64,000 nucleotides of DNA from assembly GCF_902713425.1 (NCBI RefSeq), contig NC_081214.1, positions 10,944,641 through 11,008,640 of the forward strand. Direction: 5' to 3'. This stretch comes from Acipenser ruthenus. Lineage: Eukaryota. The translations under genes were made by a program, and so were the position numbers. Position 1 is the first letter of the stretch. Each line of letters opens with the position of its first letter. The notes beneath the pieces are model-generated. The model was not told the origin of the DNA and ran no database searches. It worked only from the letters and a program-made list of their open reading frames with translations. Positions 39,373-51,600 of this stretch are shown piece after piece.

Positions 39373-39879
39373 CTAGGGCTGTGGAAGCCCCGACTTCCCT
39401 CTCTTCGGGCTGTGGACGCACCGACTCCTCCCTTTTGGGCTGTGGACGCACCGACTCCTCCCTTTTGGGCTGTGGACGCACCGACTCCTCCCTTTTGGGC
39501 TGTGGACGCACCGACTCCCCCCTCTTGGGCTTAGGACTTTCGGGCTCCCCCCACTCAGACGTAGGACGTTCGGGCTCCTCCCAGTCAGGCGTAGGACGTT
39601 CGGGCTCCCACTCAGGCGTAGGACGTTCGGGCTCCTCCCACTCAGGCTAGGACGTTCGGGCTCCTCCCGCTTGGGCTGTGGATGCTCAGTTTCCTCCCAC
39701 TTAGGTTGTGAACGCTCAGGCTCCTCCTCATAACTGCGGAAGGGACAGTTGGCGAACAGATGATCCTGGTCGCAGAGGATGCACCCCGGCGTTGGCTTGT
39801 TAAATCGCCGAGGATGTCTGGCCCTTAGGCGGCACTCCTCCTCCCTGTCCTTCACCTCTTTATCCTCCTTCCATCCCAT
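39373..39879 (-). CDS. Gag-like N-terminal ORF, unit 5
   Basis: Same as units 3 and 4 except one substitution (CILCDQ). Confidence 0.4.
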   Translation of the reverse strand: MGWKEDKEVKDREEECRLRARHPRRFNKPTPGCILCDQDHLFANCPFRSYEEEPERSQPKWEETEHPQPKREEPERPSLSGRSPNVLRLSGSPNVLRLTGRSPNVLRLSGGSPKVLSPRGGSRCVHSPKGRSRCVHSPKGRSRCVHSPKGRSRCVHSPKRGKSGLPQP

Positions 39880-39991
39880 TTTATTTATTTATATATAGAT
39901 TTTTTTTGTAATCAATTTTTTTTTCCCCAAAAAAATGCGGTTCCTGCTCTGGCCTGAGTCCTGGAGGCGCTGTCGTCCCGGTTCTGACACT

Positions 39992-40566
39992 ATGTGTCAC
40001 AAAGACGGCCGGAGTGGGTGGCGTCAGACCAGATCCAGGATATAAACAACAGAGACTTGGAGTTTTGGTGAAGCTGAGCACGTGATCGCGCTCAGCATTT
40101 AATAATTAACAGACCAGAAAATAAAAAGGGTTGAACACAAAACAGGACACGGCACTTCACGCCAAAATAAAGAGACAAACAAAGCAGACTACACAGAAAA
40201 ACACGATGAGCTTCTATTCTTCACAATTACCTCCGTCTCCAATCCCGATCTCCACTCACCGAACACACAACCCCGATTGAATGAAAATGTGTCTATATAT
40301 ACTGTTGTGCTGGCATTCAATTACCAATTAATTATTCACTTGAATCCCAGCACGTGAATTCATTACATGCAACCCCGTGCTAACATATTACACTTAACCA
40401 GCACGTGAAGTGATTTGTGCCCTCCTCATGCCTAAATACAAATCTACATTTTTAAATACACGTGAAACACAGACCCGTTTATATCCCGTGGACCAATCTC
40501 TATACACCAACATTAACACACGCAACATACAACACTTAACACACAGGGGCGGGGCGCATTGCCACA
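39992..40566 (-). mobile_element. LTR copy 5 of array
   Basis: Same boundaries. The internal region on its 5' side (40567-42694) has no further LTR. Confidence 0.8.
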
Positions 40567-42694
40567 TATACCCCCCCCCCCCCTTGTGCGCAGCACACAT
40601 GGCCTCAACGGCCACCTCCCCCCTTAAATACCCAGCAGTCCAGGACAAAGTCTCGGGCTGGGAAGGGAGGCTTCAGTGGGCCCATGGCTGGCAATGCTGT
40701 CAGCACCCCTGCCGGTAGTGGCACGGCTGACAGCATGCTGGTCCACTCCTGCAGTGAAATTGCTGCGGGGGATGCTGGTCTCCTGACCTTTTCTTCGTAG
40801 CCGATAGCTCCCCTTTCTGGGGCTCTGACCACAGTACTTCCGGCAGCGAAGAAGCTTGCAGTGGGAGCAGGTCGCCAGACCTCCCCACGATCTCCGGCAG
40901 CGAAACTACTGCAGTGGGAGCAGGTCTACTGACCTCCCCCACCTTCTTCATGGCCGGCAGCTCCCCTTGGTGGGGTTCCGGCCACAGTACTTCCTGCTGC
41001 GATGCGGAGCAACTGGCAGCCGCAGGCGATGCGGAGCGGCTGGCAACCCCAGGCGATGCGGAGCGGCTGGCAGCCCCAGGCGATGCAGAGCGACAGGCAG
41101 CCCCAGGTGATGCGGAGCGACAGGCAGCCCCAGGGGATGCCAGACAGGCATCCTTGGGCGAAGCGTGGCAGGCATCCTTGGGCGAAGTGTAGCAAGCATC
41201 CTTGTGCGAAGCGAGGCAGGCATCCTTGGGCGAAGCGAGGCAGGGAGTCAGGACAAGCTGGGGTGCGGGTGTTGGCCCTCTTCTCGACCTCTGCGGCCGG
41301 GCGGTTCTTCCCCATGCTTCCCTCAGCAGCCTATGCAAGGGCCGCTGAGGACCGCCAGCATCTAGGCCTGGGCCGTCTGGTGAAGGGAGAGGCAGCTCCT
41401 GCTCCTCTCCCCCTGATGGTGATGGAGGCAGAGGCAGCTCCCGCTCCTCTCCTCGTGATGGTGGGGGAAGTGATACCAGCAGGTATTCATCCTCTGCTGG
41501 TGGACAGGGACCCAGCAGGCATTTACCCTCTGCTGGTGGACAGGGACCCAGCAGGCATTCACCCTCTGCTGGTGGACAGGGACCCAGCAGGCATTCACCC
41601 TCTGCTGGTGGACAGGGACCCAGCAGGCATTCACCCTCTGCTGGTGGACAGGGTCCCAGCAGGCATTCACCCTCTGCTGGTGGACATGGCGGAGGCAGAG
41701 GCAGCTCCTGCTGCTCTGCTCCTGTCGGTGGAGGTGGCGGAAGCAGAGGCAGCTCCTGCTGCTCTGCTCCTGTCGGTGGAGGTGGCGGAGGCAGAGGCAG
41801 CTCCTGCTGCTCTGCTCCTGCCGGTGAAGGTGGTGGAAGCAGAGGCAGCTCCTGCTCCTGGCGGTGGTGGAGGCAGAGGCAGCTCCTGCTGCTCTGCTCC
41901 TAGTGGAGGAAGCGGTGGAGGTGGCGGAGGCAGAGGCAGCTCCTGCTGCCCTGCTCCTAGTGGTGGAAGCGGTGGAGGTGGGAGCAGCGTGTAGTCTCCT
42001 GACAATGGAGGTGGGAGCAGCGTGTAGTCTCCCGACGTTGCAGGGGACTGGTGTGGCTCTGCCTCTCTTGCAGGGGACTGGTGTGGCTCTGCCTCTCTTG
42101 CAGGGGACTGTGGTGGAGGCAGTGGCGATGGGGCGGATGCTGGCCACTCAGAGGGAGGCTGTGGCGGTGCTGGCTCCCTCTGCTGTGGCGGCTGGGCTGG
42201 TGTGTGCCGTGCTCCCTTCAGCAGCACAAATAGAGGCTGCTGGGGGACACCAGCATCCTTTCCTTCTCCCCCCCAGAAAAATTCAGGGGGTTGAGCCTGT
42301 AACTCCTCCCCTTCTGGCTCTTGGGACGGCAGCAGCAGGTGAACCAACAGGCATGCTTCCTCTGCTGGTGGACACTGGGACAGCAGGCCTTGTTCCTCTG
42401 CTAGTGTAGATGGGGACAGCAGGCACTGTTCTTCTTCTGGTGGAGGTGGAACCAGCAGGCATTCTCCCTCTGCTGGCAGCTTGGGTCCTAGGGCTGTGGA
42501 AGCCCCGACTTCCCTCTCTTCGGGCTGTGGACGCACCGACTCCTCCCTTTTGGGCTGTGGACGCACCGACTCCTCCCTTTTGGGCTGTGGACGCACCGAC
42601 TCCTCCCTTTTGGGCTGTGGACGCACAGGCTCCTCCTCATAACTGCGGAAGGGACAGTTGGCGAACAGATGATCCTGGTTGCAGAGGAGGCACC

Positions 42695-45600
42695 CCGGCG
42701 TGCACACACATGACCAAATCCACAATTCAGCGACATGGCCATGGCAACGATTCACCGACATGACCATAGCCACGATTCACTGACATAACCATAGCCGCAA
42801 TTCAGTAACATGACTATAGCCACGACTGAGTAAGATGACCATAGCCACTTTTGAGTAGCATGACCATAGCTACGATTGAGCAACATGACTATAGCCATGA
42901 TTGAGCAACATGACCATAGCCACGGTTGAGTAACATGACCATAGCCAGGTTTCAGTAACATGACCATAGCCGCGATTCAGTAACATAACCATAGCCACGG
43001 TTGAGTAACATGACCATAGCCACGATAGACGGCCATGACCATAGCTACGATTCAGTAACGTGACCATAGCCACGATTCAGTAACATGATAATAGCCACGA
43101 TTGAGTAACATGACCAAAGCCACGATTGAGCAACATCACCATAGCCACGATTCAGTAACATGACCATAGCTGCAATTCAGTAACATGAACATAGCTACGA
43201 TTTAGTAACATGACCATATCCACGGTTGAGCAACATCCACCATAGCCACCATTGAGTAACATGACCATTGCCACGATCGAGCAACATGATCATATCCACG
43301 ATTCAGTAACATGACCATAGCCACGATTCAGCGACATGACCATTGCCACGATTCAATAACATGACTATAGCCACGGTTGAGCAAAATGACCATAGCCACT
43401 TTTGAGTAGCATGACCATAGCTACGATTGAGTAATATTACCATAGCCACGGGTGAGTAACATGACCATAACCAGGTTTAAGTAACATGACCATAGCATCG
43501 ATTCAGTAACATGAACGTTGCCACGGTTGAGTAACATGACCATAGCCAGGTTTCAGTAAAATGACCATAGCCTCGATTGAGTAACATGACCATAGTCACT
43601 ATTGAGTAACATGACCATAGCAATGATTCACCAACATGACCATAGCCACGATTCACTGACATAACCATAGCCGCAATTCAGTAACATGACCATAGCCACG
43701 AATGAGTAAGATGACCAACGCCACGATTGAGCAACATGACCATAGCTACGATTGAGGACCATGACCATAGCAGCGATATAGTAATATTACCATAGCCACG
43801 GGTGAGTAACATGACCATAACCAGGTTTAAGTAACATGACCATAGCATCGATTCAGTAACATGAACGTTGCTACGGTTGAGTAACATGACCATAGCCAGG
43901 TTTCAGTAAAATGACCATAACCTCGATTCAGTAACATGACCGTAGTCACTATTAAGTAACATGACCATAGCAACGATTCACCAACATGACCATAGCCACG
44001 ATTCACTGACATAACCTGACATAAGTTCAGCAGTGTGGACTAGTGGTTAGGGCTCTGGACTCTTGACCGGAGGGTCATGGGTTCAATCCCCGGTGGGGAC
44101 ACTGCTGCTGTACCCTTGAGCAAGGTACTTTACCTAGATTGCTCCAGTTAAAAACCCAACTGTATAAATGGGTAATTGTATGTAAAAATAATGTGATATC
44201 TTGTAAGTCGCCCTGGATAAGGGCGTCTGCTAAGAAATAAAATAAATAAATAAATAACCATAGCCGCAATTCAGTAACATGACCATAGTCACTATTGAGT
44301 AACATGACCATATCCACGGTTGAGCAACATCGACCATAGCCATCATTGAGTAAGATGACCATAGCCACTTTTCAATAATATGACCATAGCCACGACTTAA
44401 TAACATGCCATAGCTATGATTCAGTAAAATGACCATAACCAGTATTCACTGACATGATCATAGCCATGATTCAATAACATGCCATAGCTATGATTCAGTA
44501 AAATGAACATATCCACGATTCACTGACATGACCATAGCCACGTTTGAGTAACATGACCATAGCCATGATTAAATAACATGACCATAGCCACAATTCACTG
44601 ACATGACCATAGCCACGATTGAGAAACATCACCATAGCCTCGATTGAGTAACATGACCATAGCCACGGTTGAGTAACATGACCATAGCCACGATTGAGTA
44701 ACGACCATAGCAACGATTGAGCAACATGACCATAGCCAGGGTTGAGCAACATGACCATAGCCACGACTGAGCAATATGACCATAGCCACGATGGAGTAAC
44801 ATGACCATAGCCACGATTGAACAACATGACCATATCCACGATTCTGTAACATGACCATAGCCACTTTTGACTAGCATGATCATAGCTACGATTGAGCAAT
44901 ATGACCATAGCCACGATTGAGCAACATGACCATAGCCACAGTTGAGTAACATGACAACAGCGATTGAGTAACATGACCATAGCCACGATTCAGTAACATG
45001 ACCATAGACACGGTTGAGTAACATTACCATAGCCACGATTGAGTAACATGACCATAAGCCACGATTCAGTAAAATGACCATAGCCACGGTTGAGTAACAT
45101 GATCATAGCCACGACTGAGCAACATGACCTTAGCCACGATTCAGTAACATGACCATATCCACGATTGAGTAAGATGACCATAGCCACGATTCAATAACAT
45201 GACCATAGCCACGATTCAGTAACATGGCCATAGCCACGATTCACTGACATGACCATAGCCACGATTGAGTAAACTGAAAATAGCCACGATTGAGCAACAT
45301 GACCATAGCCATGATTGAGCAACATGACCATAGCAATGATTCAGTAACGTGACCATAGCCACGATTCAGTAACATGAACTTAGCCACGGTTGAGTAACAT
45401 GACCATAGCCAGGTTTCAGTAAAATGACCATAGCCACAATTCACTGACATGACCATAGCTGTGATTCAGTAATATGACCATAGCCAGGTTTCAGTAAAAT
45501 GACCATAGCCACAATTCACTGACATGACCATAGCTGTGATTCAGTAATATGATCATAGAAACGACTGAGTAAGATGACAATCGCCACTTTTGAGTAGCAT

Positions 45601-48600
45601 GACCATAGCTACGATTGAGCAACATGACCATAGCCACGATTGAGCAACATGACCATAGCCACAATTGAGTAACAGGACCATAAGCCACGAATCAGTAACA
45701 TGACCGTAGCCACGATTCAATAGCAAACCATAGCCACAATTCAGTAACATGACCATAGCCACGATTCACTGACATGACCATAGCCAACATTGACTACCAT
45801 GACCATAGTTACGATTCAGTAACATGACCATAGCCACGTCTCAGTAACATGACCATAGCCACTATTGAGTAACATGACCATAGCCATGGTTGAGTAACAT
45901 CACCATAGCACTATTGACGACCATGACTATAGCTACGATTCAGTAACGTGACCATAGCCACGATTCAGTAACCTGACAATAGCCACGATTGAGCAACATG
46001 ACCATAGCCACGATTCACTGACATGAGTATAGCCGTGAGTCAGTAAAATAACCATAGCCGCGATTCAGTAACATGAGCATATCAATGATTGAGCAACATG
46101 ACCATAGCCACGGTTCAGCAACATGACCATTGCCACGAATGAGCAACATGACCATAGCCTCGATTCAGTTAAATGACCATAGCCACGATTAAGTAAAAAG
46201 ACCATAGCCATGGTTGAGCAACATGACCATAGCCATGGTTGAGCAACATGACCATAGCCACGATTGAGTAACATTACCAAAGCCACGATTGAGCAACATG
46301 ACCATAGCTACGATTGAGGACCATGACCATAGCAGCGATTGAGTAATATTACCATAGTCACGGTTGAGTAACATGACCATAACCAGGTTTAAGTAACATG
46401 ACCATAGCATCGATTCAGTAACATGACCGTAGCAATGTTTGGGCAACATGACCATATCCACGATTCACTGACATGACCAAATCCGCAATTCAGTATCATG
46501 AACATAGCTGCGATTCAGTAACATGACCATAGCCAAGATTGAGTAACATGACCATAGACACGGTTCAGCAACATGACCACAGCCACGATTCAATAACATG
46601 ACCATAGCCGCGATTCAGTAACATGACCATAGCTACGATTTAGTAACATGACCATATCCACGGTTGAGCAACATCGACCATATCCACGATTGAGTAAGAT
46701 GACCATAGCCACGTTTGAGAAATATGACCATAGCCACGATTTAATAACATGCCATAGCTATGATTCAGTAAAATGACCATAGCCACGGTTGAGTAACATG
46801 ACCATAGCCATGATTAAATAACGTGACCATAGCCACGATTCAGTAACATGACCATATTCACGATTGAGGTACATGACCATAGCCACGATTCAGTTAAATG
46901 TCCATAGCCACGATTAAGTAACATGACCATAGCTATGGTTGAGCAACATGACCATAGCCACGGTTGAGCAACATGACCATAGCCACGATTGAGTAACATG
47001 ACCAAAGCCACGATTGAGCAACATGACCATAGCTACGATTGAGGACCATGACCATAGCACGACTCAGCGACATGACCTTAGGCACGATTCAATAACTTGA
47101 CCATAGCCATGGTTGAGCAAAATGACCTTAGCCACGATTGAGTAACATGACCATAGAAACGATTCAGTAAGATGACCATAGCCACGTCTGAGTAACATGA
47201 TCATAGCCACGATTCAATAACATACCATAGCTACGATTTAGTAAAATGACCATAGCCACGATTCACTGACATGACCATAGCCACTTTTGACTAGCATGAC
47301 CATAGCTACGATTGAGCAATATGACCATAGCCACGATTGAGCAACATGACCATAGCCACAGTTGAGTAACATGACCATAGCCACGATTCAGTAACATGAC
47401 CATAGCCATGGTTGAGTAACATGACCATAGCCACGATTGAGTAACGACCATAACAACGATTGAGCAACATGACCATAGCCAGGGTTGAGCAACATGACCA
47501 TAGCCACAAATGAGTAACATGGCCATAGCCACGATTGAGCAACATGACCATAGCCACGGTTGAGCAACATGACCATAGCCGCAATGGATTAACATGACCA
47601 TAGCCACGATTGAACAACATGACCATATTCACGATTCTGTAACATGACCATAGCCACGACTCAGCGACATGACCTTAGGGACGATTCAATAACTTGACAT
47701 GGTTGAGCAAAATGACCTTAGCCACGATTGAGTAACATGATCATAGCCACGATTTAATAACATACCATAGCTACGATTTAGTAAAATGACCATAGCCACG
47801 ATTCACTGACATGACCATAGCCACGGTTGAGTAACATGACCATAGCCATGATTAAATAACATGACCATAGTAACGATTCAGTAACATGACCATAGCCACT
47901 TTTGACTAGCATGACCATAGCTACGATTGAGCAATATGACCATAGCCACGATTGAGCAACATGACCATAGCCAAGGTTGAGTAACATGACAACAGCGATT
48001 GAGTAACATGACCATAGCCACGATTCAGTAACATGACCATTGACACGGTTGAGCAACATTACCATAGCCACGGTTGAGTAACATGACCATAGCAACGATT
48101 GAGTAAAATGAAAATAGCCACGACTGATCAACATGACCTTAGCCACGGTTCAGTAACATGACCATATCCACGATTGAGTAAGATGACCATAGCCACGATT
48201 CAATAACATGACCATAGCCACGATTCAGTAACATGACCATAGCCACGATTCACTGACATGACCATAGCCGTGATTCAGTAACATGACCATAGCCAAGATT
48301 GAGTATCATGACCATAGAAACGGTTCAGCAACATGACCATAGCCACGACTCAATAACATGACCATAGCCGCGATTCAGTAACATGGCCATAGCTACGATT
48401 TAGTAACATGACCATATCCAAGGTTGAGCAACATCCACCATAGCCTCCATTGAGTAACATGACCATAGCCACGATTGAGTAAGATGACCATAGCCACGTT
48501 TGAGAAATATGACCATAACCACGATTTAATAACATGCCATAGCTATGATTCAGTAAAATGACCATAACAACGATTCACTGATATGACCATAGCCACGGTT

Positions 48601-51600
48601 GAGTAACATGACCATAGCCATGATTAAATAACATGACCATAGCCATGATTCAGTAACATGACCATATTCACGATTGAGGTACATGACCTTAGCTACGATT
48701 CAGTAAAATGACCATAGCCACGTTTGAGTAACATGACCATAGCCACGATTCAATAACATGCCATAGCTACGATTCAGTAAAATGACCATATCCACGATTC
48801 ACTGAAATAACCATAGCCACGTTTGAGTAACATGACCATAGCCATGATTAAATAACATGACCATAGCCACGATTCACTGACATGACCATAGCCACGATTG
48901 AGCAACATGACCATAGCCTCGATTCAGTAATATGACCATAGCCACGATTAAGTAACATGACCATAGCCATGGTTGAGCAACATGACCATAGCCACAAATG
49001 AGTAAAATGGCCATAGCCACGACTGAGCAACATGACCATAGCCACGATGGAGTAACATGACCATAGCCACAATTGAGTAACGACCATAGCAACGATTGAG
49101 CAACATGACCATAGCCAGGGTTGAGCAACATGACCATAGCCACAAATGAGTAAAATGGCCATAGCCACAACTGAGCAACATTACCATAGCCACGGTTGAG
49201 CAACATGACCATAGCCACGATGGAGTAACATGACCATAGCCACGATTGAGTAACATGACCATAGAAACGATTCAGTAAGATGACCATAGCCACGTCTGAG
49301 TAACATGATCATAGCCACGATTCAATAACATACCATAGCTACGATTTAGTAAAATGACCATAGCCACGATTCACTGACATGACCATAGCCACTTTTGACT
49401 AGCATGACCATAGCTACGATTGAGCAATATGACCATAGCCACGATTGAGCAACATGACCATAGCCACAGTTGAGTAACATGACCATAGCCACGATTCAGT
49501 AACATGACCATAGCCATGGTTGAGTAACATGACCATAGCCACGATTGAGTAACGACCATAACAACGATTGAGCAACATGACCATAGCCAGGGTTGAGCAA
49601 CATGACCATAGCCACAAATGAGTAACATGGCCATAGCCACGATTGAGCAACATGACCATAGCCACGGTTGAGCAACATGACCATAGCCGCAATGGATTAA
49701 CATGACCATAGCCACGATTGAACAACATGACCATATTCACGATTCTGTAACATGACCATAGCCACGACTCAGCGACATGACCTTAGGGACGATTCAATAA
49801 CTTGACATGGTTGAGCAAAATGACCTTAGCCACGATTGAGTAACATGATCATAGCCACGATTTAATAACATACCATAGCTACGATTTAGTAAAATGACCA
49901 TAGCCACGATTCACTGATATGACCATAGCCACGGTTGAGTAACATGACCATAGCCATGATTAAATAACATGACCATAGTAACGATTCAGTAACATGACCA
50001 TAGCCACTTTTGACTAGCATGACCATAGCTACGATTGAGCAATATGACCATAGCCACGATTGAGCAACATGACCATAGCCAAGGTTGAGTAACATGACAA
50101 CAGCGATTGAGTAACATGACCATAGCCACGATTCAGTAACATGACCATTGACACGGTTGAGCAACATTACCATAGCCACGGTTGAGTAACATGACCATAG
50201 CAACGATTGAGTAAAATGAAAATAGCCACGACTGATCAACATGACCTTAGCCACGGTTCAGTAACATGACCATATCCACGATTGAGTAAGATGACCATAG
50301 CCACGATTCAATAACATGACCATAGCCACGATTCAGTAACATGACCATAGCCACGATTCACTGACATGACCATAGCCGTGATTCAGTAACATGACCATAG
50401 CCAAGATTGAGTATCATGACCATAGACACGGTTCAGCAACATGACCATAGCCACGATTCAATAACATGACCATAGCCGCGATTCAGTAACATGGCCATAG
50501 CTACGATTTAGTAACATGACCATATCCAAGGTTGAGCAACATCCACCATAGCCTCCATTGAGTAACATGACCATAGCCACGATTGAGTAAGATGACCATA
50601 GCCACGTTTGAGAAATATGACCATAACCACGATTTAATAACATGCCATAGCTATGATTCAGTAAAATGACCATAACAACGATTCACTGATATGACCATAG
50701 CCACGGTTGAGTAACATGACCATAGCCATGATTAAATAACATGACCATAGCCACGATTCAGTAACATGACCATATTCACGATTGAGGTACATGACCTTAG
50801 CTACGATTCAGTAAAATGACCATAGCCACGTTTGAGTAACATGACCATAGCCACGATTCAATAACATGCCATAGCTACGATTCAGTAAAATGACCATATC
50901 CACGATTCACTGAAATGACCATAGCCACGTTTGAGTAACATGACCATAGCCACAATTGAGTAACGACCATAGCAACGATTGAGCAACATGACCATAGCCA
51001 GGGTTGAGCAACATGACCATAGCCACAAATGAGTAAAATGGCCATAGCCACAACTGAGCAACATGACCATAGCCACGGTTGAGCAACATGACCATAGCCA
51101 CGATGGAGTAACATGACCATAGCCACGATTGAGTAACATGACCATAGAAACGATTCAGTAAGATGACCATAGCCACGTCTGAGTAACATGATCATAGCCA
51201 CGATTCAATAACATACCATAGCTACGATTTAGTAAAATGACCATAGCCACGATTCACTGACATGACCATAGCCACTTTTGACTAGCATGACCATAGCTAC
51301 GATTGAGCAATATGACCATAGCCACGATTGAGCAACATGACCATAGCCACAGTTGAGTAACATGACCATAGCCACGATTCAGTAACATGACCATAGCCAT
51401 GGTTGAGTAACATGACCATAGCCACGATTGAGTAACGACCATAACAACGATTGAGCAACATGACCATAGCCAGGGTTGAGCAACATGACCATAGCCACAA
51501 ATGAGTAACATGGCCATAGCCACGGTTGAGCAACATGACCATAGCCGCGATGGATTAACATGACCATAGCCACGATTGAACAACATGACCATATTCACGA

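Larger units (their letters stand above)
26599..42694 (-). repeat. Tandem array (about 5.3 units) of a 3.06-kb LTR-retroelement-derived unit, LTR-PBS/leader-ORF-PPT, with one LTR shared between adjacent internal regions
   Basis: The LTR 3'-end motif tgtgtcaca recurs at 27657, 30811, 33871, 36934 and 39992, giving periods of 3154, 3060, 3063 and 3058 bp. Units 2-4 give identical ORF-track proteins. The first and last units are truncated and join satellite directly. No pol motifs are present. Confidence 0.85.

Noticed and set aside
28466-41994. Plus-strand ORFs inside array units (for example the 315-330-aa MRSNWQPQAMRSGWQ... ORFs)
   Set aside because: They lie antisense to the LTR-driven direction and are built from the same 3n minisatellites. 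They have no start context and are most likely the open complementary frame of the GC-rich repeats. I kept only the minus-strand ORF as a low-confidence CDS.
44031-44100. A tRNA-like sequence with A and B boxes, considered as a tRNA gene
   Set aside because: It is the head of a SINE. It continues into a CORE/MIR-like body and a LINE-type tail with (AAAT)n, and has target-site duplications. The acceptor-stem pairing is poor.
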